Shown in pieces: positions 1 to 8,723 of a stretch of DNA of 64,000 nucleotides. The notes under the pieces were generated by a model. It saw only the letters and a list, made by a program, of their open reading frames with translations. It was not told where the DNA came from and searched no databases. Both the position numbers and the translations under genes were made by a program. The DNA comes from an uncultured Gammaproteobacteria bacterium (GTDB lineage: Bacteria; Pseudomonadota; Gammaproteobacteria; Magnimaribacterales; Magnimaribacteraceae). The DNA lies in NCBI GenBank assembly GCA_913045055.1, contig CAJWPI010000005.1, positions 3,675 through 67,674 on the forward strand, read 5' to 3'. Positions within the stretch are counted from its first letter, which is position 1. Each line of letters begins with the position of its first letter.

Positions 1-111
1 GACTACAGATCCAGCTTTAGCAAACTCAAGACATACAGTTCTGCCAATTAGTCCTGAACCACCCAATATATAAGAGATTTTATTTTTAAGACTAAAACTA
101 CTTTTTTTCAT
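1..111 (-). CDS. Short-chain dehydrogenase/reductase, N-terminal fragment only (gene runs off the window edge). It sits at the PtmA-like position in the nonulosonic-acid cluster.
   Basis: Reverse-strand translation from the ATG at 109-111 gives MKKSSFSLKNKISYILGGSGLIGRTVCLEFAKAGSVV, which contains a GxxGxxG Rossmann motif. It overlaps the stop of the upstream cytidylyltransferase gene by 14 nt. Confidence 0.55.
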   Translation of the reverse strand, partial: MKKSSFSLKNKISYILGGSGLIGRTVCLEFAKAGSVV

Positions 112-805
112 TTAGATTTTTTTTCATTATCATCTCAACAATCATCCAGTCCAGAGAAGAATCTATATCAAATGACCTTTCTTCAGGCATTTCATAGAAC
201 CCTGTATTAGGAGTTATTAAGTTATCTTCTCTAATAAGAACTTCTCTTTTCCAAATATATATAGAGGCATTTAAATCAAAAACTTTAGGTGCCTTTTGCC
301 TTGATTTAGGAACATTTTCCAGTCTTTTACTCAAAACAGGAATTCCTGAATTTCCTATTTCTATCATATTAAAATATGGATTCCTTCTTGATGCTGATCC
401 GGTAATCATATTGTCAAAGTTCCCTTTATTAAAACTCTCTAGACATTTAGTAAGATCTTCTCTATTTCTTAATGGAGAAGTTACATCTAGATCGATAATA
501 GTTTTAAATTCTCTTTCAAATTTACTTTCAGATTCCTTAAGAGCATGTCTAATAACTGGAATTTTAGGTGAAGAATCTAATGAAAGGTTCTTGGGTCTTA
601 AAAACCAGGATTCGACTCCCAACTTACATGACAAATCTCTAATATCTTTACTATCTGTTGAAACTACAATGAAATCAAATAAACCAGAATCTTTTGCATA
701 ATTAATCGTATAGGCCAACAAAGGTTTTCCTGAAAGGATTTTAATATTCTTATTAGGCACTCCTTTAGAGCCTGATCTAGCGCAAATTGTGCAAAGTATA
801 CTCAT
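98..805 (-). CDS. CMP-nonulosonic acid synthetase (acylneuraminate cytidylyltransferase family; NeuA/LegF/PtmB-like)
   Basis: The N-terminus ILCTICARSGSKGVPNKN is typical of CMP-NeuAc/CMP-legionaminic/pseudaminic acid synthetases, and the ~230 aa length fits. ATGA overlap with the upstream gene. Confidence 0.85.
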   Translation of the reverse strand: MSILCTICARSGSKGVPNKNIKILSGKPLLAYTINYAKDSGLFDFIVVSTDSKDIRDLSCKLGVESWFLRPKNLSLDSSPKIPVIRHALKESESKFEREFKTIIDLDVTSPLRNREDLTKCLESFNKGNFDNMITGSASRRNPYFNMIEIGNSGIPVLSKRLENVPKSRQKAPKVFDLNASIYIWKREVLIREDNLITPNTGFYEMPEERSFDIDSSLDWMIVEMIMKKNLNEKK

Positions 806-1716
806 TTACTATCAAATTTCTGAATTTTATCTATTAGACTCATCACCTCAAGACCTTCTGCATAAGAACATACTGTAGAGAAATCTCCTTTAAGTATATC
901 TTGATGCTGTTGGATGTAAGTATTGTTTATAGAAAATTCTTTTTTTACTTCTTCAGGATCCTTATCAACAAAATAGGAAACCATCTTACAATCAATAAGA
1001 TCTAGAAATATTGTCCTTTCTTCTGTTTCTATTTTTATCTCTCTGACTTCTTTTTTTGAGAAATAACTTAGATTAATAGTGAATAAAACCTTATCTTTAG
1101 TTTCTCCAATAAATATCAAATAATCATCAGTTTCTATCTCAAGGTTTGATAATTTAAGATTTTTTGAGAATAAATGTTTAACGTCACCAAAAATGTATCT
1201 TAAATAGTCTAATTCATGACTAAGATCTAGCAAAACTCCCCCTCCACTTTCAACTGAAGCGCTGGATGATTGTTCATAATGAACATTCTTTCTCCAGTTG
1301 GGTAGGAAAGAGTTACAACTGATATCAAAACTTATAACTTTTTCCTGTTTTATTTCTTCTCTAATGAAACTTATTAAGGGATGAAATCTAAGATTGTATC
1401 CAACTAAATAGGTATTATTAGATGGTAAGAAGTCTTCATAGGAAGAAAAAAGCGGTTTTTCTACCAGAACAATTTTTTTAGATAGTCTTAAATCTATCTC
1501 TTTTATGTGTGAGAAGTGCGAAGAGGTGTCCGAAGAAATTATTATATAGTCAGGGTCTAATGCATTTATTTCGTTTAATGAGTCTATTCTTGGAAACTTA
1601 ATTTCCTCTTGATTAGTAAGAACAAATACGTTGTCTTTTCCAATAAGATTAGAGAGGTATCTTGAATGCTTTTGACCCATGGAGCCAAAACCTATTATTA
1701 AAGCTTTACTTATCAA
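802..1716 (-). CDS. Gfo/Idh/MocA-family NAD(P)-dependent oxidoreductase (PtmF-like position)
   Basis: N-terminal Rossmann ALIIGFGSMGQKH and a VLVEKPL motif. The start codon is TTG (TTGA overlap with the upstream stop). Confidence 0.7.
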   Translation of the reverse strand: MISKALIIGFGSMGQKHSRYLSNLIGKDNVFVLTNQEEIKFPRIDSLNEINALDPDYIIISSDTSSHFSHIKEIDLRLSKKIVLVEKPLFSSYEDFLPSNNTYLVGYNLRFHPLISFIREEIKQEKVISFDISCNSFLPNWRKNVHYEQSSSASVESGGGVLLDLSHELDYLRYIFGDVKHLFSKNLKLSNLEIETDDYLIFIGETKDKVLFTINLSYFSKKEVREIKIETEERTIFLDLIDCKMVSYFVDKDPEEVKKEFSINNTYIQQHQDILKGDFSTVCSYAEGLEVMSLIDKIQKFDSK

Positions 1717-2768
1717 CCAAGCCTCTTAATAGCGTCTCTGTATTGTTCCCACTGACCTAAATCTATCCAAGAATTATCATCTATGGGGAATACCCCAACC
1801 CTTTCTCCTTCCTTGAGCATTTTTTCTATTAAATCAGTCATATCGAAAGCTTTATTTTGAGGAATAAGATCTAAGACAGAAGGTTCAATAACATATAAAC
1901 CCGAGTTAATTAAATAATTTAAAGACGGTTTCTCCAAAATTTCTTTCAAAAAGCCCTCTTCATCTAATGAGCAAGCACCGTAAGGAATAATAATCTCTTT
2001 AGCTGATGCTACCAAAGTTAATTTGCATTTATTCTTTTGGTGAAAATTTATTAATTCTGAGTGATCCATATAAACTACCACATCACAGTTAGTAACAAAA
2101 AAGGTTGAATGTAATGTATCAGCAAGATTCTTTAGAGCTCCAGCTGTGCCAAGGGGTTTAGTCTCTTCTACAAAATTTACTTTATATTCAGGATTTAATT
2201 CCTCAAAAAAAGCTTTTATGATCTTTCCCTTAAAATTTATAGAAATATAGAATAATGAAGCACCAGCTTCTAAGAAAGTACCAATAATGTGCTCTATAAC
2301 AGTCTTAGTATCATTTATAGGTATTAAAGGTTTTGGAAGAACATTTGTAAAAGGTTCCAATCTTGAGCCCTTGCCCCCAGCCATTATTACTATTGGTAAA
2401 TCTAGAGATTTTTTCTCTGGTTTATCTGAAAAAACTTCTTTCCAACTTATAATTTTATGAACTGTTTTATCTTCATTTATTATTGGGATAACATCAAACT
2501 GCTTTTCAATAAAAACTTCCTTAATAGAGTCATAATTAAGATCTTGTTTTAATATATAAAAAGAGTCTGAGTTAAATATTTTTGTAATAGGTGTGTCCAG
2601 ATTGCTGTCTTTTAATATAGCTTTACGTAAGTCTCCGTCACTTAAAGTCCCTAAGAATTTATCTTCTTTATTAGTAACAACTAAACACTTAGTACCAGAA
2701 AGGCTCATCTTCTTCAAAGCTGCCTTTAAAGTACTATCTTTATTTAAAATTTGGTCTTCAATTCCCAT
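1713..2768 (-). CDS. CBS-domain sugar-phosphate nucleotidyltransferase (PtmE-like)
   Basis: A CBS pair occupies the first ~120 aa (CLVVTNKEDKFLGTLSDGDLRKAIL; DVIPIINEDKTVHKIISWKEV). It is followed by the NTP-transferase signature VIMAGGKGSRLEPFTNVLPKPL. This matches the architecture of the Campylobacter PtmE GlcN-1-P guanylyltransferase family. Confidence 0.8.
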   Translation of the reverse strand: MGIEDQILNKDSTLKAALKKMSLSGTKCLVVTNKEDKFLGTLSDGDLRKAILKDSNLDTPITKIFNSDSFYILKQDLNYDSIKEVFIEKQFDVIPIINEDKTVHKIISWKEVFSDKPEKKSLDLPIVIMAGGKGSRLEPFTNVLPKPLIPINDTKTVIEHIIGTFLEAGASLFYISINFKGKIIKAFFEELNPEYKVNFVEETKPLGTAGALKNLADTLHSTFFVTNCDVVVYMDHSELINFHQKNKCKLTLVASAKEIIIPYGACSLDEEGFLKEILEKPSLNYLINSGLYVIEPSVLDLIPQNKAFDMTDLIEKMLKEGERVGVFPIDDNSWIDLGQWEQYRDAIKRLG

Positions 2769-2789
2769 GATAGTTTGTAATTTTAGTCA

Positions 2790-4601
2790 TTAATGAAAAT
2801 TTTTGTAAATCGTTTCTGCATTTTTTATTCCTATACCAGGGACACTTAAAAGATCTTCTCTTCCAGCTCTGGAGATTTGTTTAACACTACCAAAGTACCT
2901 TAAAAGAGATTGTTTTTTTTCTTTGCCAATCCCTTGAAATCCATCTAAAAGAGACTTGGAAGTGGATTTAGATCTCTTTTTTCTTAAATTATCTATTGCA
3001 AATCTATGAGTTTCATCTCTAATTTCTTGCAATAAATTATGACTTAATAAAAGAGGGTTAATTTTAATTTTCTCTCCATTCGATTTATGTATAGAATCCA
3101 TCTGACGTTTTCTTCTAACTCCCTTAGATATAGACACTAACTCTATATTCTCTATACCCTTTTCTTTTAGTATTCCCTTTACGGCCTTAAGGTGAGTATA
3201 ACCTCCATCTATTAAAATCAAATCTGGTTTAAGGATATCTTTTTTTCTGTATCTGCGAGAAATAACTTCCTTCAAAGATGAGATATCATTTAAGGAATTT
3301 CTGTTATTAATATTATAAGTTCTATATTTTTCTTTAACTTTACCCCTTAAGTCATACACAACACAAACTCCAACAGTATTTTCTCCAGAATGATGACTTA
3401 TGTCATAAGACTCTATAAGATTAATATCTTTATCTACATCTATTTCTTTACTTACTGAGGACAACTTCTTCTCGTAATTGTTAGCTTTTCTTCTCATTTT
3501 ATTGATAGAAAGTTTAGTATTAGATGTTGCTATCTCTAGAAGTCCTTTATCTTTTTTACTCAATCTTGTGTTGATATTTATTCTTTTGTTGAAATTTTCT
3601 GAAAGAGCTTTCTGAACTATCTTTCTATTCTTTAGTTTTTGAGATAAGAGGACAGTAGGGGGACAAATTTCTTTAGACAGATAATAGTTCATTAGAAATG
3701 ATTCCAAAATTTCTTCATCTAGTGAACTATTAGTTTGTATGAAATTCTCATGACTTATTATCCAACCGCCTCTAACGCTAGTAACACCAAGATAATTGGT
3801 TTTATTGTAAATAAAAAGACAAATAGCATCTCTGTCTTTATTAAAGCCTGTTATGCTTTGCTTCCTCTGAACCTCTCTTAAAGAAGATAACTTGTCTCTA
3901 TAATTTGCAGCTCTTTCGTATTTTTTCTCTAATGAAGATTTATCCATCAACTTATATAAGTCCTTTATTAGATGGTCACCTTTTCCCTTAAGAAGATCTT
4001 CTGCATTGTTTACTTCTTTTTCATATTTATCTTTTCTTATGAGACCAACACATGGAGCCGAGCACCTGCCAATTTCATGTTGAAGACAGGGTCTTGTTCT
4101 GTTCTTAAAAAAAGTATTAGAACAATTTCTTATTTTAAAGACTTTCTGAATTAGGGTTAAAGTTTCTTTTACTGCAAAGGCATTGGGGAAAGGGCCATAT
4201 AATTTATGAACCTTCTTGCTTCTTCCTCGAAAAGATTTAGCAGAAGGATATTCATGCTTTAAATCAAATTTTATCCAAGGATAACCTTTATCATCTTTAA
4301 ACTGAACATTAAATTTTGGCTTTAATTGAGTTATAAGATGTTGTTCTAATAAAAGTGCTTCCAGCTCAGAATTAGTTAAAGTGAAAACTAAATACTCAGC
4401 TTCAGATAGCAAAGATAAAACTTTCTTTTCGCTTTTATCTTTTTTAGAAAAATAACTTTTAATTCTTTTATCTAGGCTTTTTGCTTTGCCTATGTATAAA
4501 GGTTCTTTCTTTGAATTTAAGAATTTATAGATACCTGGGTTATTGGGAAGTCTTTTTAAATTCTCAATTACCCTGTCATTTAGCCTAATTAATTCTTCCA
4601 T
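2790..4601 (-). CDS. uvrC: Excinuclease ABC subunit C
   Basis: GIY-YIG N-terminus (PGIYKF...PLYIGKAKSLDKRIKSYF), the Cys cluster CLQHEIGRCSAPC, and a C-terminal helix-hairpin-helix (LLSVPGIGIKNAETIY). 603 aa. Confidence 0.97.
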   Translation of the reverse strand: MEELIRLNDRVIENLKRLPNNPGIYKFLNSKKEPLYIGKAKSLDKRIKSYFSKKDKSEKKVLSLLSEAEYLVFTLTNSELEALLLEQHLITQLKPKFNVQFKDDKGYPWIKFDLKHEYPSAKSFRGRSKKVHKLYGPFPNAFAVKETLTLIQKVFKIRNCSNTFFKNRTRPCLQHEIGRCSAPCVGLIRKDKYEKEVNNAEDLLKGKGDHLIKDLYKLMDKSSLEKKYERAANYRDKLSSLREVQRKQSITGFNKDRDAICLFIYNKTNYLGVTSVRGGWIISHENFIQTNSSLDEEILESFLMNYYLSKEICPPTVLLSQKLKNRKIVQKALSENFNKRININTRLSKKDKGLLEIATSNTKLSINKMRRKANNYEKKLSSVSKEIDVDKDINLIESYDISHHSGENTVGVCVVYDLRGKVKEKYRTYNINNRNSLNDISSLKEVISRRYRKKDILKPDLILIDGGYTHLKAVKGILKEKGIENIELVSISKGVRRKRQMDSIHKSNGEKIKINPLLLSHNLLQEIRDETHRFAIDNLRKKRSKSTSKSLLDGFQGIGKEKKQSLLRYFGSVKQISRAGREDLLSVPGIGIKNAETIYKNFH

Positions 4602-4684
4602 GGAATTTAAATGGAGACTTAATATTTCTTTTTAATAAACAAATAATCTTCATTCTGTGTGAGTAACCTTTGGATTAATTAGTG

Positions 4685-5005
4685 CTAATGAGATCGAACC
4701 CCATCAAAGACACAAACAAATTCTAATTTTTCTTCAGAAGTATTGTGTACTCTATGAAAATCTCCATCTTGAATGAATATAATTTCTCCTGCCTTGACCT
4801 TAAATCGATCTTTATTTATTTCCATCTCCCCATTTCCACTCCTAAATATATACACTTCTTCCTGTCCAGCATGACTATGGCCTGTAGTGCTGTGGTGAGG
4901 GTTAAGAATAGTTATACTTGTTACGAGCTTCTTTAAAGTGTCGTTATCAGTAACAACATAACGCTCATCTTCTTTTACTATTTTCCAACCTGATTGGGTT
5001 TCCAT
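4685..5005 (-). CDS. Small single-domain cupin, metal-binding type, function unknown
   Basis: Cupin motif 1 is TTGHSHAGQEEVYIF and motif 2 is GDFHRVHN. 106 aa. Confidence 0.75.
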   Translation of the reverse strand: METQSGWKIVKEDERYVVTDNDTLKKLVTSITILNPHHSTTGHSHAGQEEVYIFRSGNGEMEINKDRFKVKAGEIIFIQDGDFHRVHNTSEEKLEFVCVFDGVRSH

Positions 5006-5052
5006 AACTAACCTTCCTTATAAAAAAATTATTATCATTCATAATTGTCACT

Positions 5053-5757
5053 TTAATCAAGGTCATATATCTCTTTTAATATTTTATTTACTTCTTGAGA
5101 AGGGTTTTCTTTTGAAGTAATTTCCCGACCTATAACAATGTAGTTAGCACCACTAGATAACGCCTCAAGTGCAGTTGACGTTCTTTTTTGATCATCTTTT
5201 GGGTTTGAATTAGATCGTATTCCAGGGGTTACCAAAACAAATTTATCTCCCATTTCTTTGCGTAAATATTTAATTTCGTTTGGAGAACAAACTACCCCGT
5301 CTAAACCAAGATGACTGCTCAATTTAGCTAATTTTAAAACGTGATCTTTGATGCCTAAACTAATCCCCACCTCCTCCATAGAAGGCTCTTCTAGACTAGT
5401 TAATAAAGTAACTCCTATTAGAAGTGGTTTCCTTTTACTCTTATTACATTCTTCTACCGCTGCAAGTAACATCTCTCTACCTCCTGAGATATGCACATTC
5501 AACATCCATACATCTAAATTAATTGCTGATCTAATAGCCTTTTGAACTGTGTTAGGTATATCATGGAATTTGAGATCTAAAAAAATATCAAAACCTAATG
5601 AATTTAATTTTCTTACTGACTCAGGTCCTACAGAAGTAAATAATTGACTTCCTATCTTAAGTCTACAAGTATTAGGATCTAACGATTTTGCTAAGTCTAA
5701 AGCATCAGACCATTTTAGATCTAAAGCTATTATTAAAGGATTATCTTTTGAAGACAC
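5053..5757 (-). CDS. pyrF: Orotidine 5'-phosphate decarboxylase
   Basis: LIIALDL, the DLKFHDIPNT catalytic motif and a C-terminal IVIGREI. The start codon is GTG (one-nt overlap with the upstream stop). Confidence 0.95.
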   Translation of the reverse strand: MSSKDNPLIIALDLKWSDALDLAKSLDPNTCRLKIGSQLFTSVGPESVRKLNSLGFDIFLDLKFHDIPNTVQKAIRSAINLDVWMLNVHISGGREMLLAAVEECNKSKRKPLLIGVTLLTSLEEPSMEEVGISLGIKDHVLKLAKLSSHLGLDGVVCSPNEIKYLRKEMGDKFVLVTPGIRSNSNPKDDQKRTSTALEALSSGANYIVIGREITSKENPSQEVNKILKEIYDLD

Positions 5758-5990
5758 TATTCAGAAATCTTTCTTCCAGATTTTTTATTTAAGAAGTATA
5801 AAGCCTCAGAGACCAAAGCAACTCCAATGCCAATTAAAAACGAAAATAATATGACCCTACCCAAATTTTCTTGAATAGTTAAAAAAAGTAAGTCAACTTC
5901 TACTGAAATTGAATTTAAAGAAACAATAATAAGAGAACAAACAATCATTAAGAGTAAAGAGAAAAAAAGAAAAATTGTAGAAAAGCGCAT
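5757..5990 (-). CDS. lapA: LapA-like (YciS/DUF1049) small inner-membrane protein
   Basis: 77 aa with two predicted TM helices and a LapA-domain-like core (NSISVEVDLLFLTIQENLGRVILFSFLIGIGVAL). It lies between ihfB and pyrF, as lapA does in Vibrio-type synteny. Confidence 0.5.
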   Translation of the reverse strand: MRFSTIFLFFSLLLMIVCSLIIVSLNSISVEVDLLFLTIQENLGRVILFSFLIGIGVALVSEALYFLNKKSGRKISE

Positions 5991-6066
5991 TAAATCTGAA
6001 GCCTTAATAAAGGGAGTTTTCCTTTTCTTATTTTTTTTATAAAAAGCATGAAAAAAACATCAGAAA

Positions 6067-6354
6067 TTAAAACTTGTTGTTTATTCTCCTTTTTAATTCT
6101 TTAGAAGCTCTAAAGTATGGGTGAAACTTTTTTTCTATAGCAATGGAAGACCCTGTCTTGGGGTTTCTACCAATTCTCGACTTTCTGGACCTTAAAGATA
6201 AACTTCCAAAACCTCTAATTTCTATCCTTTTACCCTTTGATAGACTTTCAGTTATATATGAAAGTATTTGTGTTATTCCGTTTTCAGTATCCTTTTTATT
6301 AAGAAGATTAGCCCTGTTAGAAATCTTCTTTATAAGATCAGATTTATTCTTCAT
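6067..6354 (-). CDS. ihfB: Integration host factor subunit beta
   Basis: IHF/HU fold with the beta-arm IEIRGFGSLSLRSRKSRIGRNPKTG. Canonical position after rpsA. The start overlaps the rpsA 3' end by 11 nt. Confidence 0.93.
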   Translation of the reverse strand: MKNKSDLIKKISNRANLLNKKDTENGITQILSYITESLSKGKRIEIRGFGSLSLRSRKSRIGRNPKTGSSIAIEKKFHPYFRASKELKRRINNKF

Positions 6355-8026
6355 TTTTTTGTTCGTTAATCTCAGATTTAATCATATCACCAATATTAGA
6401 CTTTGAAGAATCCTCTATTTCTTGATTCTTTTTAACATTCTCTTTTAGTGCATCTCTTTCCTCTTGCTTTTCTAAAGCTCTTAAGGACAAAGTGATTTCT
6501 CTTTTATCTTTATTCACATTTGCTATTAATATCTCCATTTCAGAATCTATTTCCAGCTTAGTTTGTGCATTGGAGTTAACAAAATCCTTTTGTGAAAGTG
6601 TGCCATTAATTCCTTCAGATAAATTCAAAATTATCTTTTCTTCTGTTATATCAGTTACCTTCCCAGTAATCTTTGAGCCTTTTGGATTCTCCTTAATATA
6701 GTCATTAAAAGCGTCTCCATACAACTGTTTGATTCCTAAAGATATTCTTTCCCTCTCTGAATCAATTGATAAAACTACAGTTTCGATTTCTTCACCAGTC
6801 TCCAAAGATCTAAGGGATTCTTCATCATTGTCCCAAGATATATCTGATAGGTGAACCAATCCATCAATCTTTCCTTCTAACTCTATAAAAATTCCAAAGT
6901 CTGTTTTAGATTTTATCAATCCTTTTACCTTATCCCCCTCCTTATATTTATGATCAAAGACCTGCCAAGGATTTTCTTTAAGTTGTTTAAGCCCTAATGA
7001 AATTCTTCTTTTTTCTTCATCAATTTCTAGAATCATTACTTCAACTGATTCTTCTAATTCAACAACTTTTGAGGGGTGAATATTTTTGTTAGTCCAATCA
7101 ATTTCTGAAACATGAACTAAACCTTCCACTCCGTCTTCAATTTCGGCAAAAAAACCGTAATCCATTAAATTGGTTACCTTTCCCATAACGGAAGTATTAA
7201 TGGGATACTTATTTTCAATCCCTATCCAAGGATCATCAAATAGCTGTTTAATTCCTAAAGAGACTCGCTTTTCTGATTCATCATATTTAATCACAACTAC
7301 ATCTATTTCATTTCCAACACTTATTGCTTCTGAAGGGTGATTAATCCTACTCCAAGAAATATCAGTTATATGAAGCAAACCGTCTACACCGCCTAAATCT
7401 ACAAAAGCCCCATAATCTGTGAGATTTTTTACTGTTCCTTTCAGCTTCTGTCCTTCAAATATACCTGATAACAACTTCTCCCTTTCTTCAAAATTTACTT
7501 CTTCAAGAACTGCTTTTCTTGAGAGAACTACATTACTTTTCTCTTTATCTATTTTAATTACTTTAAATTCTTCATATTTGCCTTCTAGATGATCTAGATC
7601 TTTTGAAGGAATAACATCAGCTAAAGACCCGGGAAGAAAAGCCTTAATCCCTTGAATATCTACTGTCATTCCACCTTTTACTTTACCAGTTATTAAACCT
7701 TTTAAAATTTCTCCAGTATTTAACCCTTCTTCAATTCTTTTCCAAACTTCTTGCTTTATAGCCTTTTCTCTAGAAACTTTTGTGTTTCCATGTCCGTCCT
7801 CTATTGCTTCAAGAACCATCTGGACTTCATCTCCAACCGAGATATCTAATTTTCCAGATTGATCAAAAAATTCGTTAATTGGAACAGCAGCTTCTGATTT
7901 AAGACCTACATGCACTATTGCATGGGTGTCCAATATATCTACAACAATAGCAGTAACTAAGCTTCCCACCTTCATGTTTACCCTACTAAGGTTCTCATCT
8001 AATAACTGTTCAAAACTAACTGACAT
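6344..8026 (-). CDS. rpsA: 30S ribosomal protein S1
   Basis: 560 aa with six S1/OB repeats (recurrent G.V....DYGAFV.L.GVDGLLHISD-type motifs). cmk-rpsA-ihfB synteny. Confidence 0.98.
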   Translation of the reverse strand: MSVSFEQLLDENLSRVNMKVGSLVTAIVVDILDTHAIVHVGLKSEAAVPINEFFDQSGKLDISVGDEVQMVLEAIEDGHGNTKVSREKAIKQEVWKRIEEGLNTGEILKGLITGKVKGGMTVDIQGIKAFLPGSLADVIPSKDLDHLEGKYEEFKVIKIDKEKSNVVLSRKAVLEEVNFEEREKLLSGIFEGQKLKGTVKNLTDYGAFVDLGGVDGLLHITDISWSRINHPSEAISVGNEIDVVVIKYDESEKRVSLGIKQLFDDPWIGIENKYPINTSVMGKVTNLMDYGFFAEIEDGVEGLVHVSEIDWTNKNIHPSKVVELEESVEVMILEIDEEKRRISLGLKQLKENPWQVFDHKYKEGDKVKGLIKSKTDFGIFIELEGKIDGLVHLSDISWDNDEESLRSLETGEEIETVVLSIDSERERISLGIKQLYGDAFNDYIKENPKGSKITGKVTDITEEKIILNLSEGINGTLSQKDFVNSNAQTKLEIDSEMEILIANVNKDKREITLSLRALEKQEERDALKENVKKNQEIEDSSKSNIGDMIKSEINEQKNEE

Positions 8027-8036
8027 ATTTTTATTC

Positions 8037-8723
8037 CTATATTTCTCCAGATGCTATTCGCTTTATTTCTTCTAAGACTTTCCAGGGATTCAAATTAGTT
8101 GTATCTATGACTAAAGAATCTTCAGCAGGCTTCAATGGCGAATGATCTCTCTCCTTATCTATTTTATCCCTTTCAGCTAACTTATCTAAAAGGATGCGCA
8201 TGTTAACCTTGCTATCAACCGTTTTCAACTGTCTATATCTTCTACTGGCTCTTTCTTCTAGAGAAGCAGTTAAATAAATTTTGATATTTGCTTCTGGGAA
8301 TATGACTGTTCCCATATCTCTTCCATCTGCTACTAAGCCAGGAAGCCTACGAAATTCTTTTTGACAGGGTCGGATAAAATCTCTTATCAACGGATCAGCA
8401 GCAAGTATAGAAGTTTCTCTTGCCATTTCTTCTGTTCTAACATGTTGAGTAATATCTTTTCCCTGAAAAAAGACTCTTACAGGCTCTCCGATGGTTCCTA
8501 CATCAAAATTAACTTCAAATGCCTTTTTTACTTGTTCTTTTTTATCTAAAAAATTTTCTAAGCTTATTTTTTCTTTCTTTAGGTAATACGCCAAAGTTCT
8601 ATAAAGAGCTCCGCTATCAAGAATGTTCCAACCTAAATCTATAGCAAGCAGTTGAGAAACTGTACCTTTCCCTGATCCGCTTGGCCCATCAATAGTAATT
8701 ACAGGAATTTGTTTCATATTCAT
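8037..8723 (-). CDS. cmk: Cytidylate kinase
   Basis: P-loop ITIDGPSGSGKGT and GRDMGTV. ATGA overlap with the aroA stop. An alternative ATG lies 6 nt downstream. Confidence 0.95.
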   Translation of the reverse strand: MNMKQIPVITIDGPSGSGKGTVSQLLAIDLGWNILDSGALYRTLAYYLKKEKISLENFLDKKEQVKKAFEVNFDVGTIGEPVRVFFQGKDITQHVRTEEMARETSILAADPLIRDFIRPCQKEFRRLPGLVADGRDMGTVIFPEANIKIYLTASLEERASRRYRQLKTVDSKVNMRILLDKLAERDKIDKERDHSPLKPAEDSLVIDTTNLNPWKVLEEIKRIASGEI

